From: an uncultured Alphaproteobacteria bacterium
Lineage (GTDB): Bacteria; Pseudomonadota; Alphaproteobacteria; Micavibrionales; CSBR16-224
DNA length: 47,872 nt
Direction: 5' to 3'
Assembly (NCBI GenBank): GCA_937941575.1
Contig: CALDHH010000001.1
Coordinates: 1-47,872, forward strand
In this document: positions 18,861 through 27,955 of the stretch, piece by piece
Layout of the letters: every line of letters starts with the position of its first letter
How positions within the stretch are numbered: position 1 is the stretch's first letter
Notes under the pieces: generated by a model
What the model was told of the DNA's origin: nothing
Databases searched by the model: none
The model's input: the letters and a program-made list of their open reading frames with translations, nothing else
Position numbers and translations under genes: made by a program

Positions 18861-20384
18861 ATGTCAGACGATGATAGAAAAGTTGAAATTCAAGAAGAAA
18901 TTACTAAAGTAAAAGAAGAACGTCGTGAAAGAGGAGATCTAAGCGTTGAAGTAAAGGATGTAGAACTTCCTGATGCTACGGATGTCTTGGGTAATGATAT
19001 TGAAGATGACGGTAAGCCTTTAACTAGACAGGAACGTGCTGAAGCTGCTTCGTCAACTGATTTAAAACCTTACGCAGAAGAGACGGGTAAAAACAAAGAA
19101 ATATATGATGCCTTGATTAGCCATCTGCATAATTTTCCAGATGATATTGATTCAGTTACTGAATTTGGTTCAAAGCCAGATGATGAACTTGCAACTACAT
19201 CAGAGATTTTACAAGAGCAAATGGGTGACTTTACAACTATCATGGAAAATGCAGCTAAATCTTTAGAAGATTTCAAGCAAACAAAAGATGATAAACATTC
19301 AAAAGAACTTGATGAGAAATTCAAGTTATTTAGTAAAGAGAAAGCAGAAGAGCTTGCAAAAATTGGTACATCACATGCGAAGGGTTTCTTTAGTAAGTTT
19401 TTGAACAAGGCTGGTCTTCAAGGTAGTAGTGAAAAATTACAATATGAAATCACTCAAGGTATTGAAGATACAATTCCATTAGTTGAAATTAAAATGAAGT
19501 ATTTAAAACATGATATGGAATCTATTTTGGCTTCAATGGACCCAATGAATGATAATTTAAATGAACTTGCGAAAGCAACATTGAGAGCAATTCAGCAGAT
19601 CAATTACTTTGAAAAAGCCGGAGAAGAATTATTAGAGAGATATACAAAAGTTGTTGATACTGAGGATACAATGGAAATGGGTTATATCCAAGAAGCTCAA
19701 CATTTAAACGATGGTAGAGCTGCTGATGTTGAACAAGCTATGAATATGTTGCAAAGAAGATTAACTGATTTAGCTAAAAGTAGACTTAAAAATCAGGATA
19801 GGCTTACAAAGCTTAAATTGAACAGAAGTGATCTGAAAAACATGGAATATACTATCAAGAATATTAAAGCGAATGAACTACCAGGCTTTAGACAGAACTT
19901 GACAGAAATGAAGCGTAACTTGGCTACTCTAACAATGGCTACAAGATTAGAAGAAGCACAAGATGTTATACAAGAAATAGAACAAAGAAATCATGAGATT
20001 GCTTTGGGTACTCATGAAGCTGTTCAAAACCAAGCTGAAAGAGCCCTTGATTCTATGGATGATGTTTTGGAAAGATCAAGAGAAACTCTTGCTGCTGCTG
20101 AAGATTCTGGTCAAGATAAAGAAGAAAGAAATGCTGCTCTTGAAGAATATAGAGGCAAGTTTAAAGATGCTACTCAAGATCTTATTGATGCTGAAAAAGA
20201 TGCTGAAAGCAGAGGGTCCCTTGGAAGCGCAGATGATACAGAAGAGAGAAAAAGAAGACAAGAAAAGTTCAATGAAAAATCTGCTAATAATAAATCAAAA
20301 GGTAATGCAGATGTCTTGGATGATGTTTTGGGCAAAAGCGAAGTTGCTCAACCAAAGAAAAAGGCTCCTGGAAGATCTAGGTAG
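18861..20384 (+). CDS. Divergent TelA-like (toxic anion resistance family) protein with acidic N- and C-terminal tails
   Basis: By eye against remembered TelA members (B. subtilis YceH/YaaN, RK2 KlaB): N-terminal ...SVTEFGSKPDDELATTSEILQEQ (family FG..aQ....S..mL), GFFSKFLNKAGL...KLQYEITQGIEDTI, LKHDMESILA...NLNELAKATLRAIQQINYFEKAGEELLE, and LQRRLTDLAKSRL..N...L. The core is all-helical. Not verified by HMM. Confidence 0.5.
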   Translation: MSDDDRKVEIQEEITKVKEERRERGDLSVEVKDVELPDATDVLGNDIEDDGKPLTRQERAEAASSTDLKPYAEETGKNKEIYDALISHLHNFPDDIDSVTEFGSKPDDELATTSEILQEQMGDFTTIMENAAKSLEDFKQTKDDKHSKELDEKFKLFSKEKAEELAKIGTSHAKGFFSKFLNKAGLQGSSEKLQYEITQGIEDTIPLVEIKMKYLKHDMESILASMDPMNDNLNELAKATLRAIQQINYFEKAGEELLERYTKVVDTEDTMEMGYIQEAQHLNDGRAADVEQAMNMLQRRLTDLAKSRLKNQDRLTKLKLNRSDLKNMEYTIKNIKANELPGFRQNLTEMKRNLATLTMATRLEEAQDVIQEIEQRNHEIALGTHEAVQNQAERALDSMDDVLERSRETLAAAEDSGQDKEERNAALEEYRGKFKDATQDLIDAEKDAESRGSLGSADDTEERKRRQEKFNEKSANNKSKGNADVLDDVLGKSEVAQPKKKAPGRSR

Positions 20385-20400
20385 TTTAGATTATTAATTT

Positions 20401-20434
20401 AAATGGCTGGTAATATTCATAATATCAGCCATTT
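20401..20434 (+). terminator. Long hairpin after the TelA-like gene (attenuator or partial terminator)
   Basis: aaatggctg / cagccattt (9 bp) plus an inner atatt / aatat stem, followed by a weak T-rich tail. The next gene starts 64 nt later. Confidence 0.4.
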
Positions 20435-20497
20435 ATTTTAATTTACAATAAAGTTTATGTTAAAATTTAATCTTGATAAAAGATTTAGGAGATAAAA

Positions 20498-21742
20498 ATG
20501 GGTATGTTAGATAAATTCCGCAGTGGTGAAGATGATAAAAGTGAAAAAAAGAATGATGGTGAAAGTATATTTAATTCAAGTTTTGACTTAAAAGATGATT
20601 ACCAAAGCTTCTATGCAGAAATTATGCGTTCAAGCGTATTTGATTTTAGAAATCCTATTTTGAGACAGCAAGCGGATGATAATATTGTTGAAGTACAACG
20701 TGTTGCGACTAAACTTGATGATAAAGATAAAAATGGTAATGACCAATGGGTTTTAACTGACCATATCGTTTATGATTTTAATGGTAAGGAACTTAGGAAT
20801 ACTGAGCCAGTTCTTGAAGGTGGTGAAACAATAAGCTTCCATGCTGTATTACTTAAAATGGGTTTATTTGAAGCTGAAAATCAGGCAAGAGAAGATTCAA
20901 GCCCAGAAGAAGTGATTGAAAAGCGTAAAGCAATAGGGGATGAATATTTTGTTAAATCTGCCTATATAGAAAATTTTGTTTTTGATGAGAATTTTATTCC
21001 TACTAAATTAGAAAAAGGTCAGATCATCACAAAAGGTATCTTTATTCATTTAGATTTAATAGAAGCAGAACAAATACGTAATGCAAATGAAGAAGACCCA
21101 AAATCTGTTCGTAACATGGAAAAAGGTGTTGCATTAGAAAGTTTTAATAAAATTGCAAAATCAAGAACGAATTTAGATGATATGCTTACTAAAGTAGTTG
21201 CCCTACAGCTTATGGATAAATTTGTTGGTCATATTGAGTTAGTAGAGCATAGTTTAAAAGAATTTATCGATAATTCAAAATCAGGTATTGATGCAACTGC
21301 AAATTCTTTTAAGCAATCAGCAAGTGCAGCATTAGAAGATGCGGATGATATCTTACCAAAATTGGCAAAAGAAGGTGTGGATACTAATCCTTTTGAGAAA
21401 TTTACAGCTCAGGTTGAATTATATATTTCTCTGATGTATTCAAAAGTGATGATGGATGATTTACGCCAAGGCAATCTAAATAATGCTTCAGAAAAACGTG
21501 ATTTGATAAAAGATGAAGTTAATAACGCGGAAGAACTATTTAGAAAAATGGGCGCAACTGATGGTGATGTAGATAGATTAAGAGGATTTGTTAATTCCCC
21601 AGAAGATTTAACAGTACCAAAAGAAATCTCAACATTTGTTGAAAGATATAAACAAAAAAGTAGCTTTGTAAAAAATGTAATGAAAAAAAGTCCAGCAAAG
21701 GCAAAAGTTCAGACAGTAATGAGCTCTGTTGCTGGTAAATAA
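20498..21742 (+). CDS. Hypothetical protein (414 aa), operon partner 2 of the TelA-like gene
   Basis: AGGAG SD. No TM helix or signal peptide. A beta-rich N-terminal module is followed by a long helical region and a Lys-rich tail. No recognisable family. Confidence 0.6.
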   Translation: MGMLDKFRSGEDDKSEKKNDGESIFNSSFDLKDDYQSFYAEIMRSSVFDFRNPILRQQADDNIVEVQRVATKLDDKDKNGNDQWVLTDHIVYDFNGKELRNTEPVLEGGETISFHAVLLKMGLFEAENQAREDSSPEEVIEKRKAIGDEYFVKSAYIENFVFDENFIPTKLEKGQIITKGIFIHLDLIEAEQIRNANEEDPKSVRNMEKGVALESFNKIAKSRTNLDDMLTKVVALQLMDKFVGHIELVEHSLKEFIDNSKSGIDATANSFKQSASAALEDADDILPKLAKEGVDTNPFEKFTAQVELYISLMYSKVMMDDLRQGNLNNASEKRDLIKDEVNNAEELFRKMGATDGDVDRLRGFVNSPEDLTVPKEISTFVERYKQKSSFVKNVMKKSPAKAKVQTVMSSVAGK

Positions 21743-21771
21743 AGTTGCTTGATTATATTGGAGGAAATTAT

Positions 21772-22995
21772 ATGAGTTGGTTCTCAAAAAAAGATGTTGC
21801 TGTTGAAAATGCGAAAGAATTAAAAATATCTGATTTTTTCCCAGAAGAGATAAAAGATCTGGGAATTTCAGGGGATAAGAATTATTTTCCATCTGAAACT
21901 ATTGTTACTAATTCATATTATCTAGGTAATGATAAGAAGGTTTCTATATTTTTAACAATTGATATTACAGATGGTGATGCTATCGTAAAACTTGCTCATG
22001 TTAGGTCTCCTATGAATTCGGTAAAAGGAGAAGGTCCTATTATAGATACTGATTATGGAGATGTTGATGCGGTATTACAGGTTGCAGCAAAGTTTGAAGA
22101 ATTTGCCAGAGCAAAAGTAAAAGCAAAAGAATGGCTAAGAGTTGAAAAACCATCTGAGACCAAAAACTATAGAGAATATGCAACAGAACAAGGTATCTTA
22201 GTCGATACTATGGGTAGATTACATGATCGCAATAATATCTTTGATAATGCATGGTTTGATGAAAGCCAATTTCAAGCTGATTTTAACAAGCAAGCTCAAA
22301 TAGAAGAAAAAGCCAATAACCAAACTTGGGCAAATAGTATTATTGCTCAGAAATTGGAAGTATCTATTGCTGAAATAGCAACGAAGTTAGAGAATAATCC
22401 AGAAGATTATGAAGGATTTGAGGAGCTTAATAAGTATAAAGAGCACCTGACATTATCAGAATTTTCTAATTTGTTAGAAATTAAAGAAAAGTATTTTAAA
22501 AATATAGATAGTCTGAAATTGATGGAGAGTAAATTACTAGATGCTAATTATTGGTATTTATCAATATTAGATGATGCATCAAAAGGAAAAAATATAAGCT
22601 TTGATCTTCAAACTTTAGAAGTAAGTAAGGCTGAGATTTTTGAAATTGCAAGAGACTTGAAATTTAATGCAGAAGATAGAGCGATGCTTGAATCCTTAAT
22701 AATGAATAAGGAAGAAATTCGTATAAGACATTGTGATGTAGAATCTATTTACGCAAAGAGAATTACCCCATTGGTAGAAAAAGCAAAAGAAACCGTAAAA
22801 GCAAAAGAAGCTGCAGATTATACTGTAATGTTAGAAGAAGCCTATGCAAGGAATGCTCAGAAAGACGACGATCTTGCTAATAATAAGCTTGAAATTAAAT
22901 TAAAGGTAGAGCCAAGTGATGCTTCTAAGCTTGCTAGTCCTCCAAAGATTCCTAACAAGCCTAAAAATAAAACTGGCAGTACTGGTCCTGGTTAA
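21772..22995 (+). CDS. Hypothetical protein (~407 aa), operon partner 3 of the TelA-like gene
   Basis: The track ORF begins at TTG 21745, but ATG 21772 has a GGAGGA SD 7-8 nt upstream (MSWFSKKD...). Beta-rich N-terminal module, long helical region, and a Pro/Lys-rich tail PPKIPNKPKNKTGSTGPG. Confidence 0.6.
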   Translation: MSWFSKKDVAVENAKELKISDFFPEEIKDLGISGDKNYFPSETIVTNSYYLGNDKKVSIFLTIDITDGDAIVKLAHVRSPMNSVKGEGPIIDTDYGDVDAVLQVAAKFEEFARAKVKAKEWLRVEKPSETKNYREYATEQGILVDTMGRLHDRNNIFDNAWFDESQFQADFNKQAQIEEKANNQTWANSIIAQKLEVSIAEIATKLENNPEDYEGFEELNKYKEHLTLSEFSNLLEIKEKYFKNIDSLKLMESKLLDANYWYLSILDDASKGKNISFDLQTLEVSKAEIFEIARDLKFNAEDRAMLESLIMNKEEIRIRHCDVESIYAKRITPLVEKAKETVKAKEAADYTVMLEEAYARNAQKDDDLANNKLEIKLKVEPSDASKLASPPKIPNKPKNKTGSTGPG

Positions 22996-23010
22996 GGTTT
23001 AATATTATTC

Positions 23011-25398
23011 TTAAATTTGTTCGCCATATGGAACCCAGATATTTTTAACTTGGGTTGAATGCATTAGATATTCTTTTTCTAAATATTCATCTTCGTTAAA
23101 TAAATTGCGTTCCATGCCGTTATTTACCCAAGTTTGCTTTAGATTACCAATTGATAATTCTTCTGTAATTTGGCTAAGCTTTTTATCATTACTGAAACAC
23201 CATAGAGCATCAAGATTATCATGTTCTGCTAATGTTTTAATAAGATCACTATGATTACCAGTTACAATGTTAATTACGCCTGCTGGTAAATCAGAACATT
23301 CTAATATTTGATAGAAATCAGTTGCTGATAAGCTATATTGTTCAGATGGAATAATAATTGCTGTATTACCCATTGCGATCGCTGGCATTACCAATGATAT
23401 AAATCCAAGTAATGGGTTTTCATTTGGACAAATCATCCCAATTGCCCCAATTGATTCTTGCATTGCAATTGCGATTGCTTTCATTGGTGGAGTGTGAACT
23501 CTGCCTTCAAATTTATCACAATATGCGCCATAGCTGAATATACGTTTAATACTGGTTTCAACTTCTAACTTTGCATCTTTGGCAGAGCAACCAGTCATAT
23601 CAACAATACGTTTGGCAAATTCATCAGATCGCTTATCTAAATTCTCAGCAATATAATAAATTATTTGAGCCCGTAAGTGATGGGCAGAATTATTCCATGA
23701 TTTATAAGCTGATTTCGCAGCTTCCACAGCATTTCTGATATCTTTTCTGCTACCCAATCCAACTTCACCAACCAATAGACCTTTTGGATTTAATATATCC
23801 ATATTGTAATTACCATCGGGTCTTGCTTGTTTGCCACCAATATACATTTTAGCAGTTTCATCAATTTGATTATTATCTAATTTACCAGTTTTTGTAATTG
23901 TAGTTATTTCTTTGGCTGGTTTTAATTTTGATAGATATCTTGGTTTTAAATAAGCATACATACCTTCAAATCCACCTTCACGACCAAAACCAGATTCTTT
24001 GTAACCACCAAAGCCGCAAGAAGCATCAAATAAATTGGCACTATTAATCCAAACAACACCGGATTTGATTTTCGGGGCAACATCCAAAGCCATATTAATA
24101 TTATCTGACCAGATATTGGCAGCAAGCCCATATTTTGAATTATTGGCAAGTTCAACCGCTTCATCAGGAGATCTAAAGCTCTGTACAGTTAGGACTGGAC
24201 CAAATATTTCATTATTTACAATCGCAGATGAGCTATAAACATCAGTTAAGATAGTAGGGCGGTAATAACAACCTTTATCAGGGCAGTTTTCCAATTGAAT
24301 AATTGTCGCACCATCTTTAACCGCATCATTAACCATATCTGTAATACGCTTTAACTGTGTATCATTAACAACGGTTCCCATATCAATCGTTTTATCAAGG
24401 GGAGATCCCAAACGTAATTTATTCATTCTGGTGGTTAGTTTGGTGATTACTTTATCTTTAACGCCTTCTTGTACTAATAATCTTGAACCTGCGCAGCATA
24501 CTTCACCTTGGTTAAACCAGATACTATCGACAATACCTTCAACCGCAGAATCAATATCTGCATCATCGAAGATAATAAATGGTGATTTACCACCAAGCTC
24601 CAATGTTAATGTTTTACCAGTACCAGCAGTATTTTTACGGATAAGTTTACCAATCTCGGTTGAGCCAGTAAACGCAATCTTCTTAATGTCTTTATGTTCT
24701 GTAATTAAGCCACCTGTTACACCATCACCTTGGACGATATTGATAACTCCATCTGGAATACCGGCTTCAACACAGATCTCTGCGAATAATATTGATGTTA
24801 AAGGAGTCTCTTCGGCAGGTTTCAATATAACTGCATTACCAGCAGCAATTGCAGGTGCGATTTTCCAAGCCAACATTAAAAATGGGAAATTCCAAGGAAT
24901 GATTTGTCCAACAATTCCAATCGCTTCATAATCTTTAAATTCTTTATCTAATATTTGAGCCATACCTGCATGGTAATAAAAATGTCTAATTGCAGTTGGA
25001 ATATCGGCATCTCTAGTCTCACGGATTGACTTACCATTATCTAAGCTCTCTAATACAGCAAATAGTCTTGCATTTTTTTGAATTAATCTTGCAATTGCAT
25101 ATAGATATTTTGCTCTCTCGAAACAGCTTAAACCCTGCCAAGTCTTTAAACCTGCTTGAGCAGACGTAACTGCCATGTCAATTACTTCTTTATCAGCAGC
25201 CTTTGCTTTTCCTAAAATTTCACCATTCTCTGGGTTATTGATTTTAAACTCTTCGCCTGCATCAATCCATTTACCACCGATGAAATGTTTAAAACCTTTA
25301 CTATGGCTTTTTAACCATTTATCAGCTTCACTTCTATCTTCCATAGCAACACCATAATCCATTGTCTCGAAAATTTCTTTTACTTGGTTAGCACTCAT
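23011..25398 (-). CDS. Two-module aldehyde dehydrogenase: a complete ALDH plus a C-terminal truncated ALDH-like module
   Basis: Residues 1 to ~490 have FTGSTEIGK, ELGGKSP, catalytic EVCCAGSR and EIFGPV. Residues ~510-795 repeat the ALDH N-terminal, cofactor-binding part (YIGGK...PNENPLL...AMGNTAIIIPSE...GVINIVTG...) and stop before any catalytic Cys region. Confidence 0.85.
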   Translation of the reverse strand: MSANQVKEIFETMDYGVAMEDRSEADKWLKSHSKGFKHFIGGKWIDAGEEFKINNPENGEILGKAKAADKEVIDMAVTSAQAGLKTWQGLSCFERAKYLYAIARLIQKNARLFAVLESLDNGKSIRETRDADIPTAIRHFYYHAGMAQILDKEFKDYEAIGIVGQIIPWNFPFLMLAWKIAPAIAAGNAVILKPAEETPLTSILFAEICVEAGIPDGVINIVQGDGVTGGLITEHKDIKKIAFTGSTEIGKLIRKNTAGTGKTLTLELGGKSPFIIFDDADIDSAVEGIVDSIWFNQGEVCCAGSRLLVQEGVKDKVITKLTTRMNKLRLGSPLDKTIDMGTVVNDTQLKRITDMVNDAVKDGATIIQLENCPDKGCYYRPTILTDVYSSSAIVNNEIFGPVLTVQSFRSPDEAVELANNSKYGLAANIWSDNINMALDVAPKIKSGVVWINSANLFDASCGFGGYKESGFGREGGFEGMYAYLKPRYLSKLKPAKEITTITKTGKLDNNQIDETAKMYIGGKQARPDGNYNMDILNPKGLLVGEVGLGSRKDIRNAVEAAKSAYKSWNNSAHHLRAQIIYYIAENLDKRSDEFAKRIVDMTGCSAKDAKLEVETSIKRIFSYGAYCDKFEGRVHTPPMKAIAIAMQESIGAIGMICPNENPLLGFISLVMPAIAMGNTAIIIPSEQYSLSATDFYQILECSDLPAGVINIVTGNHSDLIKTLAEHDNLDALWCFSNDKKLSQITEELSIGNLKQTWVNNGMERNLFNEDEYLEKEYLMHSTQVKNIWVPYGEQI

Positions 25399-25409
25399 AA
25401 TAATTCCCC

Positions 25410-26387
25410 TTATCCGATTGGATGTCTGTTAGCTGCAGAATATCTGCCTGTTACAAAATGTTCTAATTGGCGTTCAATATCACCTAATAGGCTAGATGCA
25501 CCAATTCTAAATAAATCAGGCTGTAACCATTCATTACCAAGCTCTTCTTTCATCAAGAATTGGTAACCTAATATATCTTTTGCCTTGCTTATACCGCCTG
25601 CTGGTTTATATCCGATTTTAAAGCCTGTTTGCTCTAAATATTCACGCATCATACGAACCATTATCATTGAGACGTTTAAATTGGCATTTGTGCTTTCTTT
25701 ACCAGTGGATGTTTTAATAAAATCAGCCCCTGCCATCATTGAAATCATGCTAGCTTTGGCAACATTACGCATTGTTGCAAGTTCACCAGTTGCGATGATT
25801 GATTTTAAATGAGCATCACCACATGCTTCTCTATATGCTTTTACTTCATCATATAATGCTTGCCAGTTTTGGGTTAGGACATGTGATCTAGTAATTACAA
25901 TATCAATTTCTTTAGCACCTGCTTTAACCGAAGCTTTAATTTCAGCTAGTTTTGTGCTCATCGGTGATAAACCATGTGGGAAGCCTGTAGATACTGCGGC
26001 TACTGGAATATTTGTACCTTCTAAAGCTTTAACTGCGGTCTCTACCATTTCATGATAAACACAAATTGCACCAGTTGTTATATTTGGTAAGCCTAATTCT
26101 TCTAATAAATGCCTGCTAACTGGAAATTTGGCTTTGTTACAAAGTCTTTTTACTCGTTCAACCGTATCATCACCACTTAATGTAGTTAGATCAATACAAG
26201 TAACAGCTTTTAATAACCAAGCCGCTTGATTAGCTTTTTTAACAGCACGTCTAGTAGTAATAGTTTTAGTTCGGCGCTCAACAGCATTTAAGTTAACGTA
26301 GATATCATCAATCCAATCCAGATTAAGCTCTGTACCCTCGTTACGTTTATGAGCATGATTATCGCTTATTGTATGAAGTTCTACCAT
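25410..26387 (-). CDS. deoC: Deoxyribose-phosphate aldolase, long (eukaryote-like) form
   Basis: Class I aldolase TIM barrel with CIDLTTL, KSIIATGEL, and the Schiff-base Lys in ADFIKTSTGK. 325 aa. Confidence 0.85.
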   Translation of the reverse strand: MVELHTISDNHAHKRNEGTELNLDWIDDIYVNLNAVERRTKTITTRRAVKKANQAAWLLKAVTCIDLTTLSGDDTVERVKRLCNKAKFPVSRHLLEELGLPNITTGAICVYHEMVETAVKALEGTNIPVAAVSTGFPHGLSPMSTKLAEIKASVKAGAKEIDIVITRSHVLTQNWQALYDEVKAYREACGDAHLKSIIATGELATMRNVAKASMISMMAGADFIKTSTGKESTNANLNVSMIMVRMMREYLEQTGFKIGYKPAGGISKAKDILGYQFLMKEELGNEWLQPDLFRIGASSLLGDIERQLEHFVTGRYSAANRHPIG

Positions 26388-26599
26388 TAATTGTTCCTTT
26401 TAATTATTATGCTTGAATAATAAAGATAAATTTGCTTTTTTGCAAGAAAACGTTTATACGTAATTAATTATCGCTAAATCTAAATGAAACCGTATTGTTT
26501 ACTTGCATTGAAAAGTAATTTACGATTGATTTTATATGAGATAAAACAAGGCTATTTTATTTGAAAATGGCTAGATTAACAGAAATTAAGGTATTATGA

Positions 26600-27928
26600 A
26601 TGGGATTTGAAGTATTAGGGCTTGGCGATAAATTGTTAAAAGCTATAAATGAATCTGGCTATACAACACCAACTGAGATACAGAAACAAGCAATTCCGAT
26701 TACATTAATGTGCCGCGATGTATTAGGTATTGCCCAGACTGGTACTGGTAAAACAGCAGCCTTTACTCTGCCAATGATTGAAGTCTTAGCTGGCGGTAAA
26801 GCGAAAGCTAGAATGCCAAGATCATTAATCCTTGCACCAACTAGAGAGCTCGCAATTCAGATTGCTGATGAATTTGATAAACATGGTAAATATCATGATC
26901 TATCAAAAACTGTGCTTGTTGGTGGAACATCAATGTTTGATCAGGTAAGAGAACTTGAAAAAGGTGTGGATGTATTAATTGTAACTCCAGGGCGTTTCTT
27001 GGATTTATATGATAGAGGTAATATATTGCTGGCTGATATGAAGATATTGGTAATCGATGAAGCGGATAGGATGCTTGATATGGGATTTATTCCTGACTTG
27101 GAACGTATTGTTTCTTTATTGCCACCTTTGCGTCAAACTTTATTCTTCTCGGCTACTATGCCAGATGCAATTAAGAAGATTGCTGATAAATTCTTATCTA
27201 ATCCAAAACAGATAAAAGTTGCTAGACAATCCAGTACTACAGATAATGTTGAACAGTTTATAATGAACTTACATTACAAAGAAAAGCTAGATACTCTAAT
27301 TGAAATGGCATCATCAAAAGAAGTTGAGAATGCTTTTGTATTCTGTAACCGTAAAAAAGATATATCGGGTGTATGTAGGGGATTAGAGAAAGCAAGATTA
27401 AATGCAGGTGAAATGCATGGCGATATGGATCAGAAATCTAGGGTAGCCACATTAGATGCTTTTAAAACAGGTGAGATTAAGTTCTTGGTATGTAGTGATG
27501 TTGCAGCTCGTGGTATTGATGTTGATGGTGTATCTCATGTGTTTAACTATGATGTGCCAATGAATGCAGAAGATTATGTGCATAGAATTGGTAGAACGGG
27601 TAGAGCAGGTAATACGGGTAAGGCTTATATGTTTGTTACTAAGAGCGATACAAAGTTTTTAGATGGTATTCAAGATCTGACTAAGCAAAAATTAAATGAA
27701 TATAAACTTGGTAAAAACACTAGTGCTATTAGTAATAAGTCTGAAAGTGTAAGCAAGCCTAAAAAAGAATATTCAGATAATAAGCCTAAGAAGGAATATA
27801 TCGATAATAAACCTAAAAAAGAGCATTTGGATAAGAAAAGCAATAATAATCAAAATCCTAAACAAGAACCTCTAGCAGATAATAATGTAAAAGGTTTTGG
27901 TGATGATGTTCCTTTATTCTTCCGATAA
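26600..27928 (+). CDS. rhlE: DEAD-box ATP-dependent RNA helicase (RhlE-like) with a Lys-rich repeat tail
   Basis: Q motif TPTEIQ, AQTGTGKT, PTRELA, DEAD, SAT, and HRIGRTGRAG. Confidence 0.9.
   Translation: MGFEVLGLGDKLLKAINESGYTTPTEIQKQAIPITLMCRDVLGIAQTGTGKTAAFTLPMIEVLAGGKAKARMPRSLILAPTRELAIQIADEFDKHGKYHDLSKTVLVGGTSMFDQVRELEKGVDVLIVTPGRFLDLYDRGNILLADMKILVIDEADRMLDMGFIPDLERIVSLLPPLRQTLFFSATMPDAIKKIADKFLSNPKQIKVARQSSTTDNVEQFIMNLHYKEKLDTLIEMASSKEVENAFVFCNRKKDISGVCRGLEKARLNAGEMHGDMDQKSRVATLDAFKTGEIKFLVCSDVAARGIDVDGVSHVFNYDVPMNAEDYVHRIGRTGRAGNTGKAYMFVTKSDTKFLDGIQDLTKQKLNEYKLGKNTSAISNKSESVSKPKKEYSDNKPKKEYIDNKPKKEHLDKKSNNNQNPKQEPLADNNVKGFGDDVPLFFR
27755..27835 (+). repeat. Three tandem 27-nt (9-aa) repeats inside the helicase tail
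   Basis: KPKKEYSDN / KPKKEYIDN / KPKKEHLDK, read directly from the sequence. Confidence 0.8.
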
Positions 27929-27955
27929 ATAAATTATCAGAGATTAAGGTTAGCC

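Noticed and set aside
21745-21771. The upstream TTG extension of the third TelA-operon gene. Similar extensions in the ORF track are TTG 30295 (DASS permease), 43057-43092 (sodB), GTG 45541 (mucR) and TTG 6921 (paralog 2).
   Set aside because: In each case an in-frame internal start has a clear Shine-Dalgarno sequence or matches the start of homologues or the paralog. The extensions add non-conserved residues.
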